In this document: positions 1-12,200 of the stretch, one piece after another | How the letters are laid out: the number at the start of each line of letters is the position of its first letter | Position numbering within the stretch: position 1 is the stretch's first letter | NCBI RefSeq assembly: GCF_018977255.1 | Contig: NW_024704749.1 | Coordinates: forward strand, 7,378,001 to 7,442,000 | DNA: 64,000 bases | Reading direction: 5' to 3' | DNA from: Callorhinchus milii | Lineage: Eukaryota | The notes under the pieces: generated by a model | Databases searched by the model: none | What the model saw: the letters and a program-made list of their open reading frames with translations, nothing else | Told to the model about the DNA's origin: nothing | Position numbers and translations under genes: made by a program

Positions 1-722
1 ATAACTTTCAAAAAGGACTGAACTAGGTACTTAAAACAAAAAATTTGGAGGGCTATGGGGTAAGAGCGAGAGAGTGGGACCAGTTGGTAGCCCTTTCAAC
101 AAGCCAGCACAGGCACATTGGGCTGAATGGCCTTCTTCTGTCCTGTAAGACTCTATGAACTTTTATTAAAACAAAATCTCTTAATTTTCTCTTCTCCCCT
201 GGTTCAATAGTCACTGGGGGCCAGCGAAACAGCTTGGATGAAGCCCACATGATCCTATTCTCCTCTCCGCCCTTTGAAACATCAAGCAGTTTCTTAAACA
301 AACCCTAGTAACTATGGCACCAACCACCCTTTCTGGTTATCTGTTCCAGCTGTTTTGTCTCCATGTAAAGACATGCTTTATCTATTATAAACTGACTCCT
401 TCACAACCCTGAACCCGTGCTCTTTTGTCCCACTGCCTTGGTAAACAAATTGTCCTTGGTTTATTCTCTATCACATGTATTACCTCCTGTACAAGGTCCT
501 CTAAGATGTCTGTTCATGATTGTCACACTTTGTGAATGGTTTTAAGTGGTTAAGGACCCTTTAAAATAATATGAATAAGAACATAACTAGGTCCCCAAAA
601 GAAAAAGTTTTTTTTCTTTGCATTTTTTATATACATTAAGAGGCTTCAAACTATACTAAGTAGATCTAAATAAATACTTGGAGCCACTTTAAACACAAGA
701 TATAATTTTAAAAAATACTTAC

Positions 723-3700
723 CCCACTATTTTGATTGGGAATCTGAAAAATAAAATGTCATATTTCAATTATTAATATTTTAAAAATGGGTTAATGAAG
801 TTTGGATACAATTTCTTGATGAAAAGATTTAATATAATAATTATCAACCACTACCCATCTAAGAGTACATTTCCACTGGTTGGTAAATGTGTTGGCTTTA
901 TAATGGATAAAGTTAGTGACTTCACTAACCTATGGTGTTTCACTTCTTCACATTAAAATTGATGTAAAACTATCAAAAAATAATTACAGTCCACCATGTA
1001 ACCCTATGTCAGGGTGACCCTGTATTTTGGAACTCTTAAAATTGTACCAACTTCCGACCTGCGTTATAAATCGACTTGTATTCTAACAAGGTGCGTTATA
1101 ATGGGGTCGTTCTGTACTAGTAGTCAAACACATTCCGGTCAGGAGTGATGGCATAGCTTCATGGGGAGAATAAAAATCTGCAGCAAACGTACAGAGAAGA
1201 TGATAAAGTCGAGGTAGTTCGTCACATTCAGTGCTGCGAGCCCCACGCAGTCCTTTGTGATGTCTATCTTCCTTGTACACTGTGACACCTGATCTACCAA
1301 AAACCCTGCAACGTGGAGAAAGCAGAATCAATGATGCATGTCACAGATGTTCAGCGCTCCTGAAGGCTATATTACAGGATTGTCATTAATTTATAGCAAG
1401 GCAGCCTACAGACCAGGAAAAAACAGCAATCATTCTCTCTCCCCTCCCAACCTGCAAACTCAATGACATTAACCCAGGGGGCAATTAGCCTAACTGAGGC
1501 ATCCCTGCTGCTGAGATCAGCCAAAGTGGACCTGATACACAGACACTTCTAACCTATATTGCAATTCAATTGTGCTCTACAACATAAATTACACATGCAG
1601 TACCTTGGAGTGGTGGGTTACAGCTTTGTTCAAGCAAGGTGTAACAGGCCATATTTCTTACCTGCTGGGTTGTCGTCAACACACTCGGATGTGACCAGTG
1701 GGACAGGGATCCTCAGGAAACCATTATTAGTTTGAATAGGAACTCCATACTGGATGGAAAAAAAATGGTGAATCCTTCGGTATTCAACATATTTCCAATT
1801 TAAGAAAATATGCAATTTCCAAGTTTTGTTTCCCCATCACTACCTGATAGCAACATCCTGTTGATTTGTCTCTGGTTGGATCAGGGGTCTCTGTGTTTGT
1901 TCCAAAAAAGAAGCCGCCAAAACGATTCACCAAACTTTCAAAATTATGAGGAGTTGGCATCTCTGGGGTTAAAAAGGATGATCCCATCTTGTCTGAAGAT
2001 CAAATGGTAAACTTGTGAGAAAGAAGGGGTTTACTGGTTTAAAATAAACTGCTGTGTCTGAATTAAAAGTTCATCGAAAGCTGTTGTAATGAAATGCTGG
2101 GAAATGTATGATTTTCACAACATTAGTGTATAAAAAAATACATACACAAGAATAATTTTAGACACAGAAATTAGTTATCACAGAAATATTTGCAAATGGC
2201 TCAGAAATGCAATGTAAATACATTGTCACAAGCAGAATTCACATATTGGTATTATTTTAATCCTTGCATTTGATACTAAAATCTTCTGTTAATTGCAGAG
2301 TGTTTACTTTGATGCAAGAAATGGGAATCTAACTCAAAATGCTGATTTTCAATATATTGTGTTAAACATTGAATATTTCCTTTAAAATTTACTGCAGAAA
2401 TGTTCAAGATCTGAAACCATTTATAAATAAAAATCTGAATTTAATTTTGTTTCCACACTCCATAAGCCTAATAATAATAATCCCTCAAGAAAAAAAGCAA
2501 TAATAAATTGGTCACTTCACTCCACGACTGTTTGTGGGACAATGCTGTGTGCAATTTGGTTGCCGCATTTTGCCCACAAATATACAGTTAATTCACTTTA
2601 TAGTATATCCTGTAAAGCGCTTTGAGACGTCTAGAAGACGTGAAAAGCGCTATAACAAATGCAAGGATTATTATTATTATTGTACAAAAATTAATACTGT
2701 TTGCTGATGGATCATGTGTTGCCCCGTGATGCACTTACAGTTCTTTCTCGCAATGCAAAAGATGCTGGGGTTGATCAGTTTTACAGTGGTTTCAATTAAG
2801 ATGTTGGTGGTGTATTTCACTGCCTCTTGATAACAAAGTTCGCTGTCATCCCTGCACAAAAATCAAGGGATTTTCATCCATCAAAACAGATTGTAGTTAA
2901 GAGGGAACAAATAAGAGAACAAAAGCACTGATATTTTATTCATGCAGTTTGAAAACAAAAATAACAAAACGGTGACACAAAGTTTAAACCATAAAGGTAG
3001 AGAGCAGAACAGCTCCCAAAAGAGGGTCAAATAAAGCCAATAGCATTCTATTTTATATCTTTTGCCCACAAAATACACAGTCAATCCACTTTACAATATA
3101 TTCTGTGAAGTGCTTTGAGATGTCTCAATGACAAGATAAGGTGCAATATCAAATGCAAGGATTATTATTAATAAAGTGGTTGAAAACTCAATTCAGATTC
3201 TTCATCGATAGATAAATTAAAGCACGTTTTACTTTGGCTTACCTGACTATCTCGACTATGCAATTTGTAAAGGTAGTGAAATTAAATACTTTGCAGTATG
3301 GGTCACAGCAGCAATTTGGATCACACTGATCCACCAGTAAGTCACAGGTACACAGATTCTGGACTGAAAGAGGAATAAGGTGTAGACGTTAGTTGTTTTT
3401 AAAAAAAGGGTACCTCTAGACATTTCTATTGTACTTAAATGGAAAGTTATGTCAACATGCAGTTGTAGGAAGCAGGTTATTTCCCCCACAGTGGATTCTT
3501 AGAAGAGGCCAGACAATCAGGGTGAAAAGGAAGTCACTCTAGTCTTGATTGTCTGGAACCAAATTGTCAGTTGAAAGTACAGTACTTGTTCATGCTGTGG
3601 AGCGTTGCAAGATTCCCTCCAAATTGCTAGAACTACTGACCGTTAACAGATTGCATGTTGAGATATGCCCCAACTTTTTTTTTTTTTTTAATCGATTCTG

Positions 3701-4987
3701 TATGAACTAACCACATATGGTGCAGGAACAGGAGGAGCGTATCTATAGCACAAAAGTACACCATTCAACCGACCGTGCCAGTGCTGACCCTCAGAATCTC
3801 CCTTCGTTTAGCCCCTTTTCCGATTACCCTTTTTACATTTCTCCCTTTCCAACTATTTGTCAAATTACCTTTTAAAATGTGAAATTAAAAGGTGGATGTT
3901 AAAGATCCCCCTGGCGCTGTTCAAAAAGAGGAAGGGAGTATACTCTTGCCTGGTGTCCTGGCTAACAATCTCCCGTAATAAAACGCAAAATACTGCAGAC
4001 GCTGGAAAATCTGAACCAAAAACAGAAGTCACTGGGAACACTCAACAGGTCAGGCAACAGGGTCGTGGACCTGAAACACTGACTCACTTTCCTCTCTCCA
4101 TAGATGCTGCCTGACCTGCTGAGTGTTCCCAGCAATTACCCAAATCAAATTGGTCGCTCACTGCACGACTGCATGCGGGACGCCGCTGCGCGCAACTCGC
4201 CGCGCTGCGCTTCGCCCGGAAAACGCGGTCCTCGCGCTCTGCGGTATCCTCCTGTGGAGCGCTTTGAGACGTCGCGCCGACGTGATAAGGCGCTGTATCG
4301 CATTGCAAAGGTTATCAGTGAAAGCAATGAGTAAAAGCAACTCAAGTTTGGGTGAGGGGGGGGGGGGGGCATGTCTCTTTCTGAGCGTGCGGGGGGGGGG
4401 GAGACTTTTGCGCTTGAAAATAATTTAACAAACCCCTTGCAGTCCACGCCGCCGAGACGCCTCAAAGCGCTTCGACGGGATATACTGTCAAGTGGAACTG
4501 ACTCGGGTGTAGTGCTCTTGCGGTGGGGAAAGCTTGAGCGGCCAAGCAAAGGGATCGCTAAGCAATCGTGGAAGACGCTGTAATAAATGTATTTTATTTA
4601 AATGGTGGGGGGGGGGGCGGGGAGGGAGGGGGAGGTTTTGAGGTAAATGATCACTAACGTACCATTTACTTCGAGAGGTGGCAATGCACCCGACAGAGGC
4701 AAAGGCACGGGTTCGAGGCCACTGGCGTCCGTGAAATTAACGGTCTCCTCCGTGGCGCCGGTCAGGCCGTCCGAGGTGGCGGCCCGGAGCGTGGTCGAGG
4801 CCTGCTCCGTGGTCAGGTTCCCGGCGTCTGCCGTCACGTTGGGCGGCCCCGGAGTCGTCGTCGGCGGCGGCGAGGACGACGGCGGCGGTGTGACAAGAGC
4901 TTCACCGGGACCGGTCTGGCCCACCGCGAACTCGACCCCGACCCCCACCACCACCCACAGCAGCAGATAAGCGGGTGAACCCATCAT
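723..4987 (-). CDS. TCTN1: Tectonic-1, 5' part (continues off the left edge). Exons: 4987-4663, 3363-3243, 2851-2739, 1992-1844, 1749-1662, 1305-1193, 743-723
   Basis: Signal-peptide-like MMGSPAYLLLWVVVGVGVEFAVG followed by a Thr/Pro-rich stalk. Exon 2 gives the tectonic Cys motif LCTCDLLVDQCDPNCCCDPYC; later exons give LINPSIFCI, YGVPIQT..ECVDDNPAG and FLVDQVSQCTRKI. All junctions are GT-AG and phase-consistent. Head-to-head with PPTC7 as in human. Confidence 0.93.
2450..2680 (+). mobile_element. 5'-truncated copy of the (ATT)n-tailed SINE. Others at about 3060-3170, 4137-4315, 8660-8770, 31170-31275, 48265-48390, 50680-50850, 51455-51548, 55930-56230, 63585-63697 (+) and 6700-6860, 7706-7755, 33830-33930, 51310-51420, 55013-55190, 58958-59190, 61148-61390 (-)
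   Basis: Recurrent CCCACAAA-TATACAGTCAATTCACTTTACAGTATATTCTGTGAAGCGCTTTGAGACGTC..GCGCTATATCAAATGCAAGGATTATTA. Confidence 0.85.
3979..4133. repeat. Palindromic Penelope-like non-autonomous repeat; second copy at 28517-28590 plus 28911-28970
   Basis: 4032-4056 and 4108-4132 form a 24/25-nt inverted repeat. The shared start CTGCAGAYG..GGAAA.CTGAA..AAAAACAGA..CTGGGAACACTCA.CAGGTCAGG occurs in both copies. Confidence 0.65.
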
Positions 4988-6200
4988 CGCTCGGGGCAAC
5001 CGTCAACGCGCCGCCATTTGCCGACCGACCGAACTGTCCCAGGAGGGGGGCATGCTGGGAAATGGAGTTCGCCGGCGGATTTTCCCCGCCTCCTTAAACG
5101 GTCGCGGCTCGAGCTCGCCCGCCAGCCTCCCGCGCGCAGGCGCACTCGCAGGCAGGCACGCGCGCTTGCATGACCACGTGATCCACCCGCCCCCGCCCGC
5201 GCGCGCGCGCGCACACACACCCACACACACACCCTCCCTCCCTTCGCCTCTCCTCGCTCGCCCCGCCCCCTCCCCTCCCCCCTGAGGGTGAAGGGGCGAT
5301 TATGACGTAGGAGAGGTGGCGGTACCGTTGTCAAGGAGTCACGAGACTGGGAAAGGCGGGTGAGGACCGGGAGAGAGAGAGAGAGTGCAGCGGATCTGTG
5401 CGCGCGCGTGTGTGTTCGTCCGTCCGTTGCTTGGCTTCTCCTTCGACGTCGTCGTCGTCGTCATCCTCCTCCTCGTCCTAATAGTAGTAGTAGTAGTCAA
5501 CCGTAACGTGCGCAACAAGGTGTTGTTGCCCGAAAAAAAAAGAGCGAAGAAGATGGCGTTTGCCAATACGAGAGCCGGGCCGGGCGGCGGCGGCGGCCCG
5601 CGAGTCAGACTGTGAGGGGGGGGGTGGGAGAGAGAGAGAAATCGTCGGGTCGCCCTGAGGAGGAGGAGGAGAAGAAGAAGAAAAGGAGGAGGAAAGAAAG
5701 AAAGAAAGAGGAGGAGGGAGCGAGGCGCGAGTTGGAGGGGGGGAAAAAAAAGAGCCAGGACGGAGGGGGGGGCGGCGGCGGCGACAACAACAACAACAAC
5801 AACATCGGCGGCGGTTGAGTGAGTGTGAGTGAGTGAGTGTGTGTGCGTTGTGAGCGGTTGGGAGTTGACGGAGAGCGAGTTCGAGAGGCCTCGGGCGACC
5901 CCCCACCCCCTCCCCCTCCCCCCGTGATGTTCTCCGTCTTGTCCTACGGACGGCTGGTGGCCCGGGCGGTGCTGGGCGGTCTCTCCCAAACGGATTCGCG
6001 CGACTACAGCCTGGTGACCGCCGGCTGCGGCTTCGGCAAGGACTTTCGGAAAGGCATCCTGAAGAAGGGGACGTGCTACGGCGACGACGCCTGTTTCGTG
6101 GCCAAGCACCGGAGCGCCGACGTGTTGGGTGAGCGGGGCGGGGGGGGTAGGTGGGCGGGGGGGAGAGCCCCGCTTCTGCGACCGTGCAGTGCGGCGGGGG
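4140..6200. promoter_or_regulatory. CpG island / bidirectional promoter TCTN1-PPTC7
   Basis: Very CpG-dense. Divergent ATGs at 4987 and 5927. E-box TGACCACGTGA near 5171, GC boxes, and YY1-like AAGATGGCG near 5550. Confidence 0.85.
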
Positions 6201-9200
6201 TGGTGTTGGGGGTCGTTGGGGGGTGCGTTTGTTGTCTCTGTGTGTGTGTGGGTGTGGGTGGGGGAGGGTTAAAAAAAAATGGCATCCAATTGCCTCCCCG
6301 AGGAGAGCGATCGGTGGCTTTCTTGACAGGTGTCAAAGAGGCGCTGTTAGTGTAGTGTGTTGTGTGTGTGTGTCTGTCTCTCTCTCTTTCTCTCTCTCTC
6401 TGTCTCCAGCATCGATTTTTCGGATCGATAATATGGCTATAAGTAATATTGGTTCCCGCCAACGCGTCAATAAGTGACCAGAAAGTCCTTCCTCTCTCTT
6501 TCTCTCTCTTCTTCCCCCCTCCCCACCGCCCCTCTTGCTTTCTGTTATTTATTTGAAGCCACACACACACACACACGAAAAAAGCCTCGTGTTTCACAAT
6601 TCGCAGAGTTTATCGTTTTTTTTCCGCCTCCCAACCCCAACCCCTCTCTTCTCAGTTCCAGAACGATGCCAAACTCGCGCTCAGATGTTCAATCGTTTAT
6701 AATAATAATAATAATAATCCTTGCATTTGACATAGTGCTTTTCACGTCGGGAGGACGTCCCAAAGCGCTTCATAGAACACACTGCAAAGTGAATTGACTA
6801 TATTTGTGGGCGAACGCGGCGGCCGATTGCGCACAGCAATGTCCCCCAAACAGTCGTAAAAAGGAAACGAAACACGAAAAGAAAAAGTTCTTTTCTTTCT
6901 GCCCTCGCCCACGCGCCATCGCAGTGATAAAATAATATAAGCGTGGACACTACGCTGCCCCGTAGATCGGACACGGTTTCCTATTTTATTTATTTTATCC
7001 CCCTTGTGCGGGAGAGAAAAACAAACCAAGCGTGTGGATTGTTTCCTGGTCTGAGCTTCTGTTTAATGCACTGTACTGCTCTTTTAGGATGTGTTTCATA
7101 ACAAAGGCGCACAGTTTTTTGGGGGGATTGAGATACTGAGGTTAACTTAACTTCCGGATTTATACATCTTGCAAAATATGATACGTGTTAACGAGTTTTA
7201 TCTTTATGTGGAAAAAAACATACTTGGATTATTAAACTGAGCAATGATAAAAGCCAGCCTATAAATGCTGTTATAAAATCGGGAACGGTGCTATTATTTC
7301 CCTACCTTTTGATGATTACGGTTTTGTTGCATCATACGGGAGGGTATTAGGGTTTTATTTATTAAAACCTGTAAGGTGTATATGTATTTCTGTGCTGTCA
7401 GTTACAATCAAGAATATTTGAGCTGCACAGTGTGCGTTTTGACAATATTAAAGGAAATAAATGAACACTATACATTTTTCTTTACCAAAAATAAGTTCTT
7501 AAAAGCGTTAAATTGTGTAATGTTCGTTAAAGTGTATTGGTGAGTGTTAAGTGAAGCACAGTGATGAACATGTGACGTTACCTTATGTTCACTTAATCTG
7601 TGCAAAATACCAAGCAGTACAGTTAAAGCTTCTGACCTTCCAGACTTGAGCCTGGAGCTTTTGAGCTTTGTAAATGGTAGTTACTTGTGAGAGCAATTTG
7701 AGGTAATAATAATCCTTGCATTTGATATAGCGCCTTATCACGTTATTGAGATGATCATACAAGATACGTATTGGCATCACATCAAAGCTTTGTTGGCATC
7801 ACTTGCTGTAGTAGCTGGCAATGAATTGTTGGGTGTCAATTGGAACGCACTGGTTATTCTAAAGCTCCAGTCAGCAACTAAGGGACTGGACCCTAACAGT
7901 CTCTGGAACACAATCAGAACTTTTTAGTATGTATCCTCTTTTGCTTTGGTCCCATTGAGCCCACTAACAGTATCCTATTCCCCAATGGATTGACGTGTCG
8001 TCAAATGCCTCTGCAGCTTTGCCCCACCCAATCTACTGCAACCCTTCTCCATTTACATTGCAATTTGTGGCCTACTTCATGCTGCCCCACGCAAAGCACT
8101 CTGTCTCAGTTTGCTCTTTGCCTTCAGTCTAGAAGAAGATGGTTAGTTTTTCTGGCCTCCATTTGTAACATAGCCAAACAAAGTGTCTCCCTTCCCATCT
8201 GAGTTTTATAAGCTGAGTGTGACACTCGTAGTCGAAGGGAGAGGAAAGTGAGTAGGAAATCCATTCTCCTTTTATTACATCTCAATCGATTTTTCCTTTC
8301 AGCTCCTCGAGAATGAGTTCTTTAAGGTCATCCATTCCCACGGAAATTTAAGTTGCCATTAAACCTCGTGCCTGAATTACACAACTCGTGCCCTTGTATC
8401 TGTAGTACATCTGAATGGCAATGTTACCTTATTTGAACTGCTTTTGGGATAATGCATCTGATATAAATTTACTGTAATTACAGCGGGATTAGGGAATGGA
8501 ATTCTGCAGCTAAAAGTTGAGAATAAGCCAATGGTCTAATGAATCCATCCCTGTATTCCAAACAAACATCTGCCATGCTGATTATTTAGCAACCACCGAA
8601 TGTATGTGAATAAGATGCTTTTCACATACATTTGTGCTGGAAGTCCACTAAATTATCTTTACCCACAAATATACAGTCAATTCACTTTACAGTATATTCA
8701 GTGAAGTGCTTTGATACGTCTCAGATGTGAAAAGCTCTATATCAAATGCAAGGATTATTATTATATTATAGCTAGTGGCCTAATCAGCTACTGACCTTCT
8801 GCCAAAGTGGTTCTGCAGCTTAACCTTGAAGTCTGGAGTGAAAGTACAAATAAGGAATAATGTACTGTGCTTAAAGCCAGTTTATTCCTCTTTCTAAGTA
8901 TGATTGCCATTTTATATTTTGGTGGGAGATCTGTCAAAGCTATTAATGCAGTGGAATAATTCCAAAATCAGAATAGCTAATGCAAAAATGCTGGTATTAG
9001 AACAGTTTACATTTCTGGTGTCACTATACTAACAGTGAAATTGCTGTCATTTCTTCTTTGCTAAATATGGCCCATTTTCAATATGTGCACAAGGCCACAA
9101 TTAAATAAATCCTGCAGGTTTATTTATAAATCTATCGGTGATCCACGGCGTAATGTAAATCTGATGACCTTTCAACATTAATGCCTTCTTTCAATCTTGT

Positions 9201-12200
9201 CTTCGTCCTTTGCTTATGAAACAACTGGATTCTGTCATGAGGAGGCTGTTTCTCTGGTTTGGGAGAGCCTCCTCCAACCAAGCCCCCTTTGCAAACTATA
9301 TCTTTGCTTCAAATTGATGTCAAATTACTTTTAAAAAAGAAAATCACGATCTGGTTTGCGACTCTGGGGTATTCCATGTATTTGTGCCTTATTGTCGGCA
9401 GCATCAGGAGGCACTTCAGTGAAGTCAGTTGAAACACGCTTCCACTGAAGCAAGAAGTACTGAAATGTGCTAACAATAAGCACTCTGTGCTTGACATTTG
9501 CTTTTGCCATTCTGAGTATTCAATTTGTAGAGAGTATTATAACTCCTGCTCATAATTGTATAATTAGATTATTTAAAAGGAGGCAATAAAGTAAGTGGGT
9601 CCTACTGATTCTTTGTTTCTAACTAATAAATTCAATTGCTATTCATTCAAGTAAAGTAACTGTGTGTCAATGTCTTTTGTGGGGGAAAAACTGACTTGTT
9701 GTTACTCAAGAATAAACAAGTTAAAATAAATTACAGTCTTAAGATTTTAAATGAAACAATTAAGATTTTTCTTTTGGATTTCCTCATTGGGAAACAACTT
9801 GGGTTTCCTTTAATGAAGATGATATATTTGTAGCAACAGAAATTCACCCTGTCAAACAAGACGTGTGAGCAGATTTGGCAATAATTCTGGTAAATAGAAA
9901 TGCTTCCTTGTGACAAATTTGTTTGACAAATATTTAGGTGGACACTCCTGACTAGGGAAATAAGAGATTTTTAAATACAATATTGTTGCCCAAATGTCCA
10001 TGAATGGAAGTGTTTATCAGATTTTTTTGAAAAACTGGTAGAGAATGGTGAGGGCATTGATGATTTGAACGATTGAGATCTTCTCCTTCAGTCTTGTATG
10101 AACAGCCTTATTATAACAAAGAATCAGATAACTGGGGAAATTGATCAGAAAGAATCATTATCTAGAATTGTGCAGCATCAGACTGGGAAGGGGTTAAGAG
10201 AGGATCCATAAATAATGCAACTGTAGCCCCTTTTCATTTTCTCAGTAGACTTTATTTATAACTCTGGTTGTACTCTTGTCAGTGCTACTATTCAGTGACT
10301 TGTGTGCCGGGCTAGCGGTTAGGTACTGCTGGTCACTCTGCTCCATTACCTTTTGAAAGTCGGAGGTACATAGGAAAGCTGCTTTACTTAAGCTTTTGAT
10401 TCTGTTAGCTGGAAGGAAATGAAACGCTTTCCATTGCTGTATTGGGGGACGCTGCATTGTTAGAGGTGCTAATGTTTGGTTGTTAAATTAAGGTCTCACC
10501 TGTAAAGATGGGTATTACTCGGTTTGAAAAGAGACAGTAATTTCTCCCAGTTTCCAGAGCCACCATCTAATTGATTGGCCAATCACACCATGCTATTTGC
10601 AGAACCTTGTTGGTACGTTTACCTAAAATAGCCTTTACTTGTCAAGTCCTTTGAAACATTTCAACATGATAAAGCTCTATATCAAATATAAGGATTGTTA
10701 TTCTTCTACTAGTTCACTGGAAACTTTCCATAACTGGTGATCAGTGGAGTGATTTTTCCCAGCAGTCTTAAGTATAATTTTAAATGACAATGCTGTATTT
10801 ATGGCTTCAGTTCAAAAAATATTCTCACAAAGTCTTGATGACTGTTCTAAAATAAACCTTTCCAAAGCCGTGTATTTTAGACTTCAAGATTTCAAACCTT
10901 GGAGCTAGTTTATTTTTGGATCACAATTCACCAGCTTTAGTATTTAAGGATACAGCAACACTTAACCTTTCATGGTTTGTTCATTAAGTCACTTACAATT
11001 GCTTGAAAAGAAATGGAAATTATCAAATTGTTCCCTCAACTAAATGTTTAGTATGTATCAAAGTATAATTATATTCTTGGCCCTAAAATGCTATGGTTCA
11101 TCCACTGCATTTTTAAAAATTCAGTTTTAAGTGTTTCAGTGGGATTTGAATGAGACCTTTACTCTGGTGGGTGGGAGTTTGGGTTGATTGTTTCCAGCTA
11201 CAGACAAAGCCTAAAACAGCGTAGCTAGCTAAATATACACATAAAGGTGTTTTCCTGCCTTTTTCTAATCTCACAATGTGAGGGAATCATTGGAAAATAT
11301 CACTATGTTATCCCTTGAAGAAGCTTTCCTATAATAATGGCTGTTTAAATTTTAATTCTGTTGGAATGAGTTGCTGATAGGGTTGTGGCAGCATCACTGA
11401 ATTCAAATGAGTCCATTTACATCACCTTCATCAAGGTTGAAAGTTGCTTGCAATAACATGTTGGTGTTAATGTGATCCAAGTATAGCTTGGTTTAACCTT
11501 CATACATGTCTTGCTCACTGATTTATTGGTGTACATCTTGATCCCTCAGATTGAATTTATGGGTTACAGTCACATTTCAGGAGATTTACTCCTGATCTGC
11601 TGTAGATTTTCAATTTGCATGTTTATTGTAAATGTAAAGGCTGCCGAGCAAAAGTTTTTCCACAAATGCTTTGCACACATGATGACATTTTCATATCCAC
11701 CCCTACGTTAACCTACAATTCAAGAGTATTGAGTGAGTCATTGGTCTTGCTATGTTGTGTACCTAGTCAGTTTTTCTCTTTGTAGTTTTGTCAGTATTCC
11801 AAATAGCTCTGCTTGGAATGTATTTTAGGCACAAGTGATAGTGTACGATTACTGCTTATATTCTGCAACTAACTGCATACTGACCTTAGTAAGCAAGAGT
11901 TCAAAAAGGCTAACAAAAAAAATTGAAGCTGTGAATGCTTTTTTGCTTTTGTTTTGCACATCCTTCTAATGTGAAAGGTGTGATAAATATAATAAATGTA
12001 ATTTGCTGCTGTTGTCGTATGAAAACCTGTTACATTGGTTTAGCACAGATGACGTTTGCAGAAGTAGTCTTTCAATGATTCAAGGTGATGTTCCGAGAGT
12101 TGCATTTGGAGACAAAATACTAACATGACTTAAGTTTTTTTATTTATATATTATATAAATATTATATATATGCTGTCCAAGTATCAAATGAAAAGAACTG

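Noticed and set aside
4986-5000. Possible RFX X-box for the ciliary gene TCTN1 (GTTGCC-CCG-AGCGAT on the minus strand)
   Set aside because: The second half-site has two mismatches and overlaps the start codon; too weak to call.
5339-6597. Long ORFs over the PPTC7 leader/intron 1 and over 29517-30438 and 58214-59162
   Set aside because: CpG-island and microsatellite sequence with few stops; only the exon-1 segments are coding.
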